A stretch of 64,000 nucleotides of DNA from Podarcis cretensis (Eukaryota). Shown in pieces: positions 1-9,801 of the stretch. The stretch lies in the NCBI GenBank assembly GCA_951804945.1, contig OX638156.1, forward strand, positions 49,786,001-49,850,000. The letters are read 5' to 3'. The notes beneath the pieces were generated by a model. It saw nothing but the letters and a program-made list of their open reading frames with translations. It did not search any database and was not told the DNA's origin. A program made the translations under genes and the position numbers. Position 1 is the first letter of the stretch. Each line of letters begins with the position of its first letter.

Positions 1-1400
1 GTCCCGCAGCCATCAGGCCGGCGCCTCCGGGGGCTTCACGCACCCAGACCAGCCAGCAGGGCCAGAGTTGTGTCCTTCGGCGCTCTCCACGGGCCCGGCT
101 ACCGAGGAGGAGGAGCAGGAGCAGGAGCAACTGCTGCTGCTGCAACCCTCCTCCCTTGCCCCGAGTCGCCTGCTTCCACGGGGCCGCTTCTCCTCTTGTC
201 GGAGCGGCGGCGCCGCGGTGCTAGTGGCGGGGCTGCCGCCGTCCCCGCCTCTTTTCAAGCCACGAGCAGGGGGACCCGATTGACGCCCCCGCCATGCCCT
301 GCAAGGCGCCCGGCCATTCACGCGAGCGCCCCTACAGCGGGAGGGCTCCAGTCTGCCGAGCGACGCCCCCGGGGATGGGAAGCAGCTCGGAGGGAGGGGG
401 GCAGTGGGCGGGGCCGCCGCCTCTTCCTCCTCCTTCTCCGACGTCGTACCCGACGAGGTCGGAACTCTCCAGCCGCGGTTGAGGGCTATGGAGGGACCTC
501 AATGAAGGTAACGCTCGCTTTAGGAAGTACGACTTTTATTGAGGTCCCTCTTTCTCCGGCGAGAGATCCCTCCGCCCGTAAAGTAGTTCCGCACAAACAC
601 AAAGCGCCCCGTGCGTCGCTGCACTGTATCTTGGAGAAGCCGCGTCGCAGACAGAGGGCCGGACGCTGCTAAGAACTACGACTATTGCTTTTGCTACTGT
701 CGCTGTCGCGCACCTCCTCCTCCTGAAAAGCAGAGAAGAGACGTATCCCTCCGCCTGCCCAGCTGAGGCTGGACCCGTGACGCCGCCAACGCCACCTTCG
801 CTGCCTGCCGGGACAGACGGAAACAAAAAGACTCCCCCCCGCCCCCGGGTAAGGCCGCCCCAGCTGACCGCCCTCGCTCGGCTCTGCGTTTTCCGGGGAG
901 CGGGGCCGTTGCCCTCCTTGGACGACTCGAGGTCCTGCTTCCCGCCGCCCTCACAAGCCTCCCCCGCCTTCCCGGTCGCCTTTCGCCCGAGGAACGGGCC
1001 GAGGCAGGGAAGGGCCCCGGGAAAGGCGAGAGAGGCCCGGAGGGTCCGCCGCCTGAAGCTGCCTTCGGCCAGCCGGTGGCGGGAGGTACGGGCGAAGAAG
1101 CGGCGCTTCCTGGTCCGTGGCTGGCGGGCTTGGCCTCTGCCCAGCCTGACCGCTCGCCTTCCCTTCCGGCTCTTGCTCCTGCCGCTGGCCGGGAATGGCT
1201 CCTCCTTGGGGCCTGTAGCACATCGAAACTGGCAGTCTGGGCCACGGGTCGGGCGGCGCTGGTGTTTCGCCTTTGAGGTCTCTGAACCCGGAGCGGGCAG
1301 CTGCCTGTGTCTAGCCGAAAGCGAAGCCGTTGCCGGAAGAAGAGTTGGGAATTGCCTTCGTGCCTCTGTAGTTCAACTACCTGCAAACTCCTCCACCCTC
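1..1400. promoter_or_regulatory. CpG island / promoter region of IST1, possibly bidirectional; candidate non-coding exon 1 ending at donor CGG|gtaagg (848)
   Basis: Very GC- and CpG-rich, with a GC box (gggcgggg ~406) and an ETS-type CCGGAAG (~1333). Lies 1.1-2.5 kb upstream of the first IST1 coding exon, which begins with a splice acceptor and therefore needs an upstream exon. Confidence 0.75.
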
Positions 1401-2014
1401 TTGGAGCAAATCCTCCACCAGCTCCCACATAGGTGGGAGCTGAGCTCTCTACCGCTTCCAGTGCTGAAAAGCGGGGCAGGTTTGTCCTCCAGGGATTGAA
1501 ACTGGTTAAAGAGATCCAAGGTTGTGAGCTGCCCCTTGTGCTGTATATGGTTGGGCCTGGCTGATCAAATCATGTACAAAAGGGGGGGAAACCAGAAATC
1601 TGTTGCTTGCACAGATGAAAGTGCTCTACACATACATACAGACAAAAAACACACACACAAAGCATTTCTTAAGTGGATAAATAGGTTTTAGCATACTGTA
1701 CTATTACACACACTTGAGTCTGTATGGACTCTGTTTAAAAATGGCTGGCATTTGTAGTCTATTCAAACATTTATTCTTGCTGTATACAAAAATTCACATT
1801 AAAATTTCTTATATTTGCTTGTTTGCTTTATTATATATTTGCAGCGGAGATAAAACATTACAGCTCGCAACCTTTCCACATTCAAACCAATCCAGATCCT
1901 GAGATCTGAGACCATTCACTGTCTGCCTCTCCAAAAGATGTTCAGCAGGTAGCAACAAGAGAACAGATCTCCCCCCCCCCTCCAATTGTGAAATGCTCCA
2001 GCACCATGCAAAAA

Positions 2015-2228
2015 ATAAATTGATTAATTAAAAAAATGTCCAGTAGCACCTTAGAGGCTACCTAAGTTTGTTCTGGGTATAAGCTTTCGTGCACATGCAC
2101 ACTTCTTCAGATACCTATGAAACCTTATACCCAGAACAAACTTAGCTGGTCTCTAAGGTGCTCCTGGACAATTTTTTTATTTTATTTCGACTGCGTCAGA
2201 CCAACACAGCTACCTACCTGAATCTAGA
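2015..2228. mobile_element. Penelope-like element terminal fragment in inverted (tail-to-tail) arrangement, containing a minimal hammerhead motif on the - strand
   Basis: Inverted arms ~2031-2083 / ~2124-2178 (gtagcaccttagag...gtttgttctgggtataag / cttatacccagaacaaac...ctctaaggtgct), typical of squamate Penelope ends. 12-bp direct flank accatgcaaaaa at 2003-2014 and 2229-2240. Confidence 0.7.
2076..2115 (-). ncRNA. Minimal type I hammerhead ribozyme motif (Penelope-associated)
   Basis: Reverse complement GGTAT CTGAAGA A GTGTGC AT GTGCAC GAAA GC TT ATACC gives stem I (GGUAU/AUACC), CUGANGA core, stem II, GAAA, palindromic AGCU stem III and an NUH site. Confidence 0.6.
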
Positions 2229-2557
2229 ACCATGCAAAAAGTTATTCTCAGCATTTGGACAGCGCTGATGATTGAGATTTTTGAGAATACTGGTGTCCTG
2301 CTTGTGTAGAGCAGGGAATATTGTGTTTAGATTAATTTTTGAGCACTTTTGGTGTTTTATATTTGTATCACTTTTTTGAATTTTAAATGTATTTTGTATT
2401 TTATTCTAAATAACTCTGGAATGGCTCTGAATGTGCAAAGCAATATATAAATATTACAAGTAGAATATATCTACACAGGAAACTGCTAGCTGTCTGCTTT
2501 TAACACACATGACAGTAGGCTTTTTCTCTCTTGTGTTCTTGGCAGGAATTCTACACC

Positions 2558-5500
2558 ATGTTAGGCTCTGGGTTCAAGGCCGAGCGCTTGCGAGTCAACC
2601 TACGTCTTGTCATCAATCGCCTCAAACTGTTGGAGAAAAAGAAAAGTGAGTGGACTTTCCTACCTAATTCCTTGACGTCATCACCAGAGTAGTGCTTCAG
2701 GAGGTTTCTGGTAGTCGTAGTGTCGCACAACACCATGTGCAGGCTATAAATTGAGAGATGCTTAATTTATAGCCTGCACATGTTGTTTCAGTGTATCTGA
2801 AGAAGTGTGCATGCACACGAAAGCTTGTACTACTCAGTTGGTCTCTAAGGTGCTACATTATAATTTTTAAATTCTTTTGGAAGGATTCTTTTAAAGACTT
2901 TCTTAGATCATATAATTTTTTTGAAGACTTGATTTTTTAAAGGGAGTTTTTAGGTTTTTAAGAAGTGTCTTTTAAAAGAATTGTTTTAATTTATTTTCAC
3001 ATGTCAGAGTGTAAGTGTGGAATTGCTTGTGTGTGTGTACTGTATTTCAAAGATGCTGAGAATTGTGGTCATTGGGATGGGGGTGTGGATTCTGTGAAGA
3101 GTTCTCAGGTTTGTGGACTTGTGTCCAGTTCTAGCCCCACTATACTCATTGAATGGACATGGTTACTTAATTTCAATATGTCTACTCTGAGTATAACTTA
3201 GTTGGAGACAACCCACAGTCCTTCTTGGTGGAGCCCCTCTCTTTGCATACACAAACACCCCAGGCAGGTCCAGGGCAGGCTTGTGGGCCTCCCCTGCTGC
3301 CCCATGATGAACCCTTTTCTTGCAGCTGAGCTAGCCCAGAAGGCACGGAAGGAAATTGCTGACTACCTGTCTGCTGGCAAAGATGAGCGGGCTCGCATCC
3401 GTGTGGAGCACATCATCCGGGAGGACTACTTGGTGGAGGCCATGGAGATCCTGGAGCTCTACTGTGACTTGCTTCTGACACGCTTTGGCCTCATACAGTC
3501 TATGAAGTAAGGTCTTGGCCTATGGGGAAGAGGGTGCTGGGTGCCTGCCACGTGTCCCCTCCCCTCAGTCTGCTAGGTCTGGGACCTCTTTGTCCTCCTT
3601 GTCTTTCAACTACTTGCTCACTCTTGCCTTACTTTGTGTCCCTTCAGGGAGCTGGACTCCGGCCTGGCAGAAGCTGTCTCCACCCTCATCTGGGCTGCTC
3701 CCCGACTGCAAGCGGAGGTGGCTGAGCTGAAAATGGTGAGTAGTGCCAGTTGTGTCTTGGCAGGCTGCTCAGCCTTCCTGGACATCTGGGGGCAGCAGTT
3801 GGGAAAACACTTTGATCTATCCTCACAGGATGCTCAGAGAACTTGGTGACTTTCTTGTTTGATCTGGGAGTTTAGGTTGGCTCCAGTCTCCAAACTCCTG
3901 AACCTTTTGTCCAGGGGTGCTGCGATAGTTGCTGTGCCCTGTCTTAAATAGAGGGGAGTCAGTGGTACCTGGACTCTGTTTTGAGTGTGCCATTTCCATA
4001 CTAGGTTGCTGACCAGCTCTGTGCCAAGTACAGCAAAGAGTATGGCAAGTTGTGCCGGAGCAACCAGATTGGGACCGTCAATGACAGGGTGAGTGGAATG
4101 GGAAGGGCATCATGGGGGTGAGATGGCAGTAAAGCTCTCAGGAGCTACTAACCACAATGGCTACGTCTTCCTCTGCTGTCAGAGGTGATCTGCTCCTGAA
4201 GTCAGTTGCTGGGAATCGCAGGTGAAGGAGAGCACTGCTGCTGCTCCACTCAGGGGCTTCTTGTTGGGGCATCTGTTTGGCCACTGTGAGGACAGGATGC
4301 TGGGCTAGACAGGCTGATGGCCTGATCCAGCAGGCTGTTCTTATGGGAGGGAACGACATCAGTGCTTCATAAAGATGAGTTGTTTGCAGCAGGAGGTCCT
4401 GTCTGTGGTGCTTCACCAGGCAAGGTAGAAACTTCTTTTTTCTGGCTTGGGTATCTCTTAGCTAAGTGTTCTTGACCTGCCCAGCTCAGTGAAGGGCTCA
4501 CTCTTCCCTCCCTCCCTTCCAGCTGATGCACAAGTTGAGCGTAGAGGCACCTCCCAAAATCCTAGTGGAGAGGTACCTGATTGAGATTGCAAAGAACTAC
4601 AACGTGCCCTATGAGCCAGACTCTGTTGTCATGGTGAGTGACTGGGAGGTGGTTCCACTCTCAATTCCCTCATTAGCAGCTCCCTTTCCCACATGTGACA
4701 TCAGCTTCTTCCTCTTCCCAGGCTGAGGCTCCCGCAGGCGTGGAAGCTGACCTGATTGATGTGGGATTCGTGGATGATACAAAGAAAGGTGGCCGTGGAG
4801 GTGGCGGCGGCGGCGGCGGCGGCTTCATGACCCCGATGGCTGGTCCTGATGGAGTAGTGCCAATGCCAATGCCCATGCCCATGCCGTCTCCAGCTCCCCC
4901 TTTTGCATACCCACCTCCAAAGGGACCAGTAAGTCCTATGTCTTGCTTGGAACAGGAGGGGAGTCTGTAAAGTTGGGCTTGGGGGTGGTGGGGGTGGGGA
5001 GGAAAGGATAGCAGTCTACTGTGGTGAGTTAGCATCTGAGTACACCTCAATACCTGCTGTGTGAACAAGGTTTTCCAGCTGTTCTGGCAGGTATTGCCTA
5101 TCTGATTCTGCCATTAGGAAGGGGTGCTGGTCTGACGTAACAATTTCGCCCTTTAGGAGCACTTCAACGGGCTACCGGTGGGCACCTACCAGCCTTTCAC
5201 CAGCCTTCACCCACCTCAGATTCCAGCTACACCTCCAACATACGAGTCTGTAAGTACTGCTGATGAAAAACAAAAGATGAATTGCTGGGAGGGCAAGTCC
5301 TCTCTGCTGGGACTGTTGCTGTCCCTAGTCTAGTGCTGGGTATTGGCCGGCCTTCCCACTTGGACTGACTGAGGAGTTGCCATCCACTGGATTTGGGCTT
5401 GCAGCAAACTTAATGTACCTTTGATTTGATTTTGATTTATTGCATTTCTATGTTGCTTTTCATTCAAATGATCTCAAAGCAGCTTACAAACAATAAATAG

Positions 5501-7461
5501 CCATAACATAATAAAACATAATAGCATGTCGCAAATACAGCGTACATCATATAAAATAATTTAAAAATTATCAATAAAGCTGTGGCAATCTATAAAAAAC
5601 TTAACAAAACAGCAACTAAAAAATAAGCTAAACCTCACAATTACAGCAAGTCATGTGATTAACAAATCAATTCGGCATTTGGAATCTATAAAACAATATT
5701 AAAAACATTAACAAAATAGCAATTAAAAATATAAGCTAAGCACTAAGTTCATTCACACAGTCTCTGCACCCCCATGACTCATAATCTTTCACTCTGTTCA
5801 GTTCATTAAAATACACATAAATGCACATAATGCCAGATGTTGCACTGGCTGGGGTCCTCAAGTAGTGGGCCATGGTGGAGATGGTGGGGCTCTTAGGCCT
5901 ACTGCCAGTGGTAAGGTGAATGTTGACTGCCTAGGCATTGTTGAGGAGAAACTTGCCAATGTCACTTTCAATAATCAGGAGTCCCATTCCCACTTGAGGA
6001 AATCCAAGACAAGCCTGTCCCTCTGAAGCAGTGAGTGGAAACTGCACTTGGTATAGAGGCCGACCAGGAGGTCCAGCAGTGCTCCTGCAGCCTGTCCACC
6101 AGGAACTGCTCCAGCTTCTTCAGCTGCACCTTGGTTGACATTGTGGTGGTGGAGGAGGCAGCCACTGAGGGGAGCGAGCAGGGCAGCTACTTGAGTCTAC
6201 CAAGCAGGAGGGAGGGGCTGTGATAATGATACCGAGGGAGCCTCAGCATGATCTCAGCAGCCTGGATGAGCTTGCAGGCAGTGACTCAGAGGTCACCTTG
6301 GTCTCAGAGTCCAGGCTGCTGTCCATGGAAGGCATGAGCGGAGGACGTTGGCTAGCAGGGGTGGAGGATGAGATGTGGGGGTGGGTTGAGCAGCTAGAGA
6401 GTGTGGAAATGGGGGGGTGTCCACCTTCATGCCCTTGTGCTTGTTCAGCTGCTGCTCTCCAGACTTTTGTGGTTGCTGGTGGTGGTGGTTCATGTCAGGT
6501 GAGACTGCCAGTGATGGTGAAGAGCTACAGGCCATCCTTGGGGGACGTAGCCAGGGCCGCTTGCTAGTCAGGTAGTCAGCCATGCTGAATGGCTCTCCCT
6601 CACCTATGGCACCACCAGGCCAGGCTCACCACCACTGCTTCCTCCTCCTCCAGATCCCTCATTTCATCCTTCCTTCTGCTGTCTGGCAAGGCTGCATGAA
6701 GAAGATGGGAACACCAGATACAGTGCTTCTGCTGTGCATGTAGGCCTCTGGGGAGTTGTCAGGTGGTGGTTCTGTGTGGGGTGCTCCATGCAAAGCCAGC
6801 TTTTTTCTGTTTCAGATTGATGACATGGGTGCTGACAAGGAATTGCCATCCCCACAGGTGACCGGTGAGTGCAAGGCCAGAGGGGGAGGCTGTGGAGCTG
6901 GCAAGGCAGTGAGGAGGGAGGGAGGTGGTGATGTCAGGGGAAAGCTGGTGCTTGTGTTTATTGTTGGTCCCCTTCACTCGTGTTCGCTCTTGAGTTGCTG
7001 AGGTAAGCGTGTGTGTGTGTGTTGCGGGCAGAGACTGGGACTCTGCATGGCAGAGAGCTTGGGCCCCTTTAGCAACTGGTAGGAGCTGCAAGGCTCAACT
7101 GAAGTGCAGCAAGTGCTCGCTTCTGCAGGACATATACTAACTGTAGTATAGCAAAAAGAAGAATGGTCCTACCCCTGCCCCTACTACTGTTAGGTAGACT
7201 ACTGTTTTCGCTGCCTTGAGCCTGCCCGCTGCTTGTAACCAGTCACTCTTGTCTGCTGCAGGACCAGCCCCAAAGCCACAGCCGAGGGGGAGGCCACCAG
7301 CTGCAGTTCCTAGTTCGGGCGATAATTTTGTGCTGCCAGAGTTGCCATCTGTGCCAGACACGCTGCCTGCCGCTTCTGCTGGTGCCAACACTTCCGCCTC
7401 AGAAGACATTGACTTCGATGACCTCTCTCGAAGGTTTGAGGAACTGAAGAAGAAAACTTAA
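2558..7461 (+). CDS. IST1: IST1 homolog (ESCRT-III associated factor), 9 coding exons, 366 aa
   Basis: Exons 2558-2645, 3326-3506, 3648-3735, 4005-4088, 4523-4633, 4722-4928, 5157-5249, 6816-6864, 7262-7461, all GT-AG and phase-consistent (1101 nt). Translation MLGSGFKAERLRVNLRLVINRLKLLEKKKTELAQKARKEIADYL...VLPELPSVPDTLP (MIM2)...EDIDFDDLSRRFEELKKKT* (MIM1) is diagnostic of IST1. Confidence 0.97.
2734..2782. repeat. Perfect 19-bp inverted repeat (hairpin) with 11-nt spacer
   Basis: catgtgcaggctataaatt (2734-2752) / aatttatagcctgcacatg (2764-2782). Confidence 0.9.
2793..2830 (+). ncRNA. Minimal type I hammerhead ribozyme motif within a Penelope fragment (~2785-2860), sense to IST1 pre-mRNA
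   Basis: GTAT CTGAAGA A GTGTGC AT GCACAC GAAA GC TT GTAC, followed by the Penelope terminus ttggtctctaaggtgctac. Confidence 0.6.
4195..4345 (+). mobile_element. CR1-type LINE 3' end fragment (degenerate)
   Basis: gggcatctgtttggccactgtgaggacaggatgctgggctaga...ggcctgatccagcaggctgttcttatg, a common squamate LINE 3' tail. Related pieces at ~21413-21520 (-) and ~59340-59440 (+). Confidence 0.5.
4803..4885 (+). repeat. Coding low-complexity repeats in IST1 exon: (GGC)7 poly-Gly and (ATGCCN)n Met-Pro repeat
   Basis: ggcggcggcggcggcggcggc and ccaatgccaatgcccatgcccatgccg, encoding GGGGGGGG...PMPMPMPMP. Confidence 0.85.
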
Positions 7462-8316
7462 AAAGAGCCCTTGAACTGGGGGCCGATGGGCCTGATTGCT
7501 GCTGCCTCCTCCTTCCCTCTTAGCACGGCCAAGTGCTCGTTCCTCTTCCTCCGCTTGGCCTTTCTTCCTTCTGTACTTACACCAAATGCCACTGCTTTTC
7601 TGACATTCTGCTCCAGGAGTGGGGGACTGCACAGCCTCTTTGAGATGGGAGCAGGAACAATCCCTCCGAATGCATTGCTCTGCAGTCTGCAGCCGGGCAT
7701 TAGAGGGGAAAGGGAGTGATGTAGGTGGCCTCTCATTTGGACAGACAGTGGTGTAGGGACACCAACCTGAAGATTCTGGGCAACGTAGTTGGACAGAAGC
7801 GCGCACCCCCCTCCAGGCATGTGCTGTGGAAGGGGAGCTGCTCTGGGCCCCTGATAGCTTTGTTTTGCCTGCCGCGTTCTCAGGGAGCCCTCCGGGGCCA
7901 TTATGACTTTCCTTTGGGGAGGGATGCTGTGGGGCACAGAAGTTGACCAGTCTACACTCCTTGTGGCTCAGTGGTCCTCCTGCCTCTGGCTTGCAGAGCA
8001 GCAGGCACATTTTCCTAGCTTTGAGTGAGCCCAGTTCTGCCTTAACGTGGCTCTGCATCAGGCTGGGTTCAGGGCCATTGCTTGACATGTGCCATCACTC
8101 CTGGTTCTCTAGCCTCTTCCCTTGCCTATAGGGCAAAGCCATGGGTGGTGGTGGTGACAGCAGCAGCAACACATCCAGCAACTTCTGCTGCTCTTACAGA
8201 CCAGCTGCATTGCCAGCAGCCAACCTCAGCTCTCCCATGTAACACTCTGTATGTAACTCTTTCATGTGGCTTTTCTGGGACAATTTGATTGGTTTGTATC
8301 TTCTCTATTAATTCTA

Positions 8317-8322
8317 AATAAA
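8317..8322 (+). terminator. Polyadenylation signal AATAAA for IST1
   Basis: AATAAA about 860 nt after the IST1 stop, preceded by TGTA elements. Confidence 0.65.
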
Positions 8323-9301
8323 GTTGAGGAATAGCCTTGACTGGATCTGTCTCAAGTGAAACATAATATTTCCTGGCTTCTGGCAGTGGTGGAGGAGAAG
8401 CAAAGGAGGCATGGTATGCTTACAACATGGAGAGGCAGCTGCCACCAGTTCTTACCATGGAGAGAATGGGTGTTCCTTCAGACTGACAGTCACACTTCCA
8501 GTCAAACAAGGAGTACTATTTATTGAGGGAAGGGGAAATATTGGCTAAAAGGAGCATGCAAATGTGTTGCCTTCACTTTGGCTTTGCAGTTATATTTCAG
8601 AACAAGTCCTGTCAGTTTGGATCACATACCTGAGGATCTGCAGTGCAGCCCACAACCACCTCCCACAGGCGAATTTATGAGGCTCCCTTTAGACTTGCTT
8701 CCCACAAGACATTGTGGGTGGTGGCAGCAGTGACAGCTTCAGAAGAGCGGGCCACCTGACCTGCAGGGCACGGGGAAGTGCCTGGGTGCTGAAGCAGCTG
8801 TCCTTCACTGCCGTGATGTGATAGAACTGTCAAGTCACCATTCTCGAGAAATTAGCCCTTGTAGGATTTATGCTGACCTCTACAGGTTGGAGTAGGGGGA
8901 TGAGTGCTTTCTGCTTGGGCCAGGCTGAAGGGTCCCCTCTGGATTAAGGTAAGGGCTGCTTAAGGATCCTTGCATCTTAGAGGTTGGCTGCCTTTAAGGA
9001 AAGGCAGGATTGGATTCCTGTCATGGATTTGATCTCTCCCATTGGGCAAACTGAGCTCTCTGGGTGGGGTGGGGAGGGGCAATAGTCACTCTTCTTCCCC
9101 ACCCACCCTTCTATCTCCTCCCTCTGGTTCACCTTGAAACAGTGTATCCTTTGTGCATCTCAACAGACCCCCCCTGTCATGTAAATTCTTCAAATCTGTG
9201 GCTGGGTAGGGGAGTGTAATCTACAATTCCCTGTTTGTTTGTCTCCTCAGAGGTTAAACCCTGCAACAGGTAAAGAGTTCCTCAGCGACATTAAAAATAA
9301 C

Positions 9302-9307
9302 TTTATT
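9302..9307 (-). terminator. Polyadenylation signal (AATAAA on - strand) for PKD1L3
   Basis: tttatt about 500 nt beyond the PKD1L3 stop. Confidence 0.5.
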
Positions 9308-9801
9308 TGTAAGGCTTAATTGATGTTAAGCACCAGTGAGTATTTGGGATTGGCAATAAATAAGAACAGCCCTCCTTTGCTCTGCCTCTTTGGGCAGAGA
9401 AGAAACTGGCTCCTGCTGTTTAGGGACTTGACCGGCCTTTGGGCTGGAAGCCAGTAAGATCGGTTTTGCTCTTCAATCTGCAGGGCAGCAGCAGGGGATT
9501 TCTGGGCAGTCAGATTTGTTCTGCCTTGGTTAGTCCCAACAACTCAAAGGCGTGTCAAGGATAAAGGAAGTAGGATGTAGCATGAGGTAATGTTGAGTCA
9601 AGATCACATGGTAAATTAGCTGAAGAGCGGGAGGGGCAGCTTAAAAGTGGGAGAAAAGCTATACAGATTTTCTTGCCAGCCCAGCTGACCTCTGATATTC
9701 TTAAAGATAGCATGTACATTAGTGATACTTGGGAAATGGTGACCCTTCCCATTTTAGAATAGAAAAGAGCTGTCCAAATGGGGAGGTGGGATGATGCCGC
9801 T

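Noticed and set aside
13-1499. Long ORFs (200-244 aa) on both strands in the first 1.5 kb
   Set aside because: Low-complexity Arg/Pro/Gly/Ala translations typical of stop-poor CpG islands; no recognisable domain. A divergent neighbour (ZNF821 in mammals) may start here, but no coding evidence lies in the window.
7399-8288. ORFs of up to 229 aa overlapping the IST1 3' end
   Set aside because: They lie in or antisense to the IST1 3'UTR and show no homology or exon structure.
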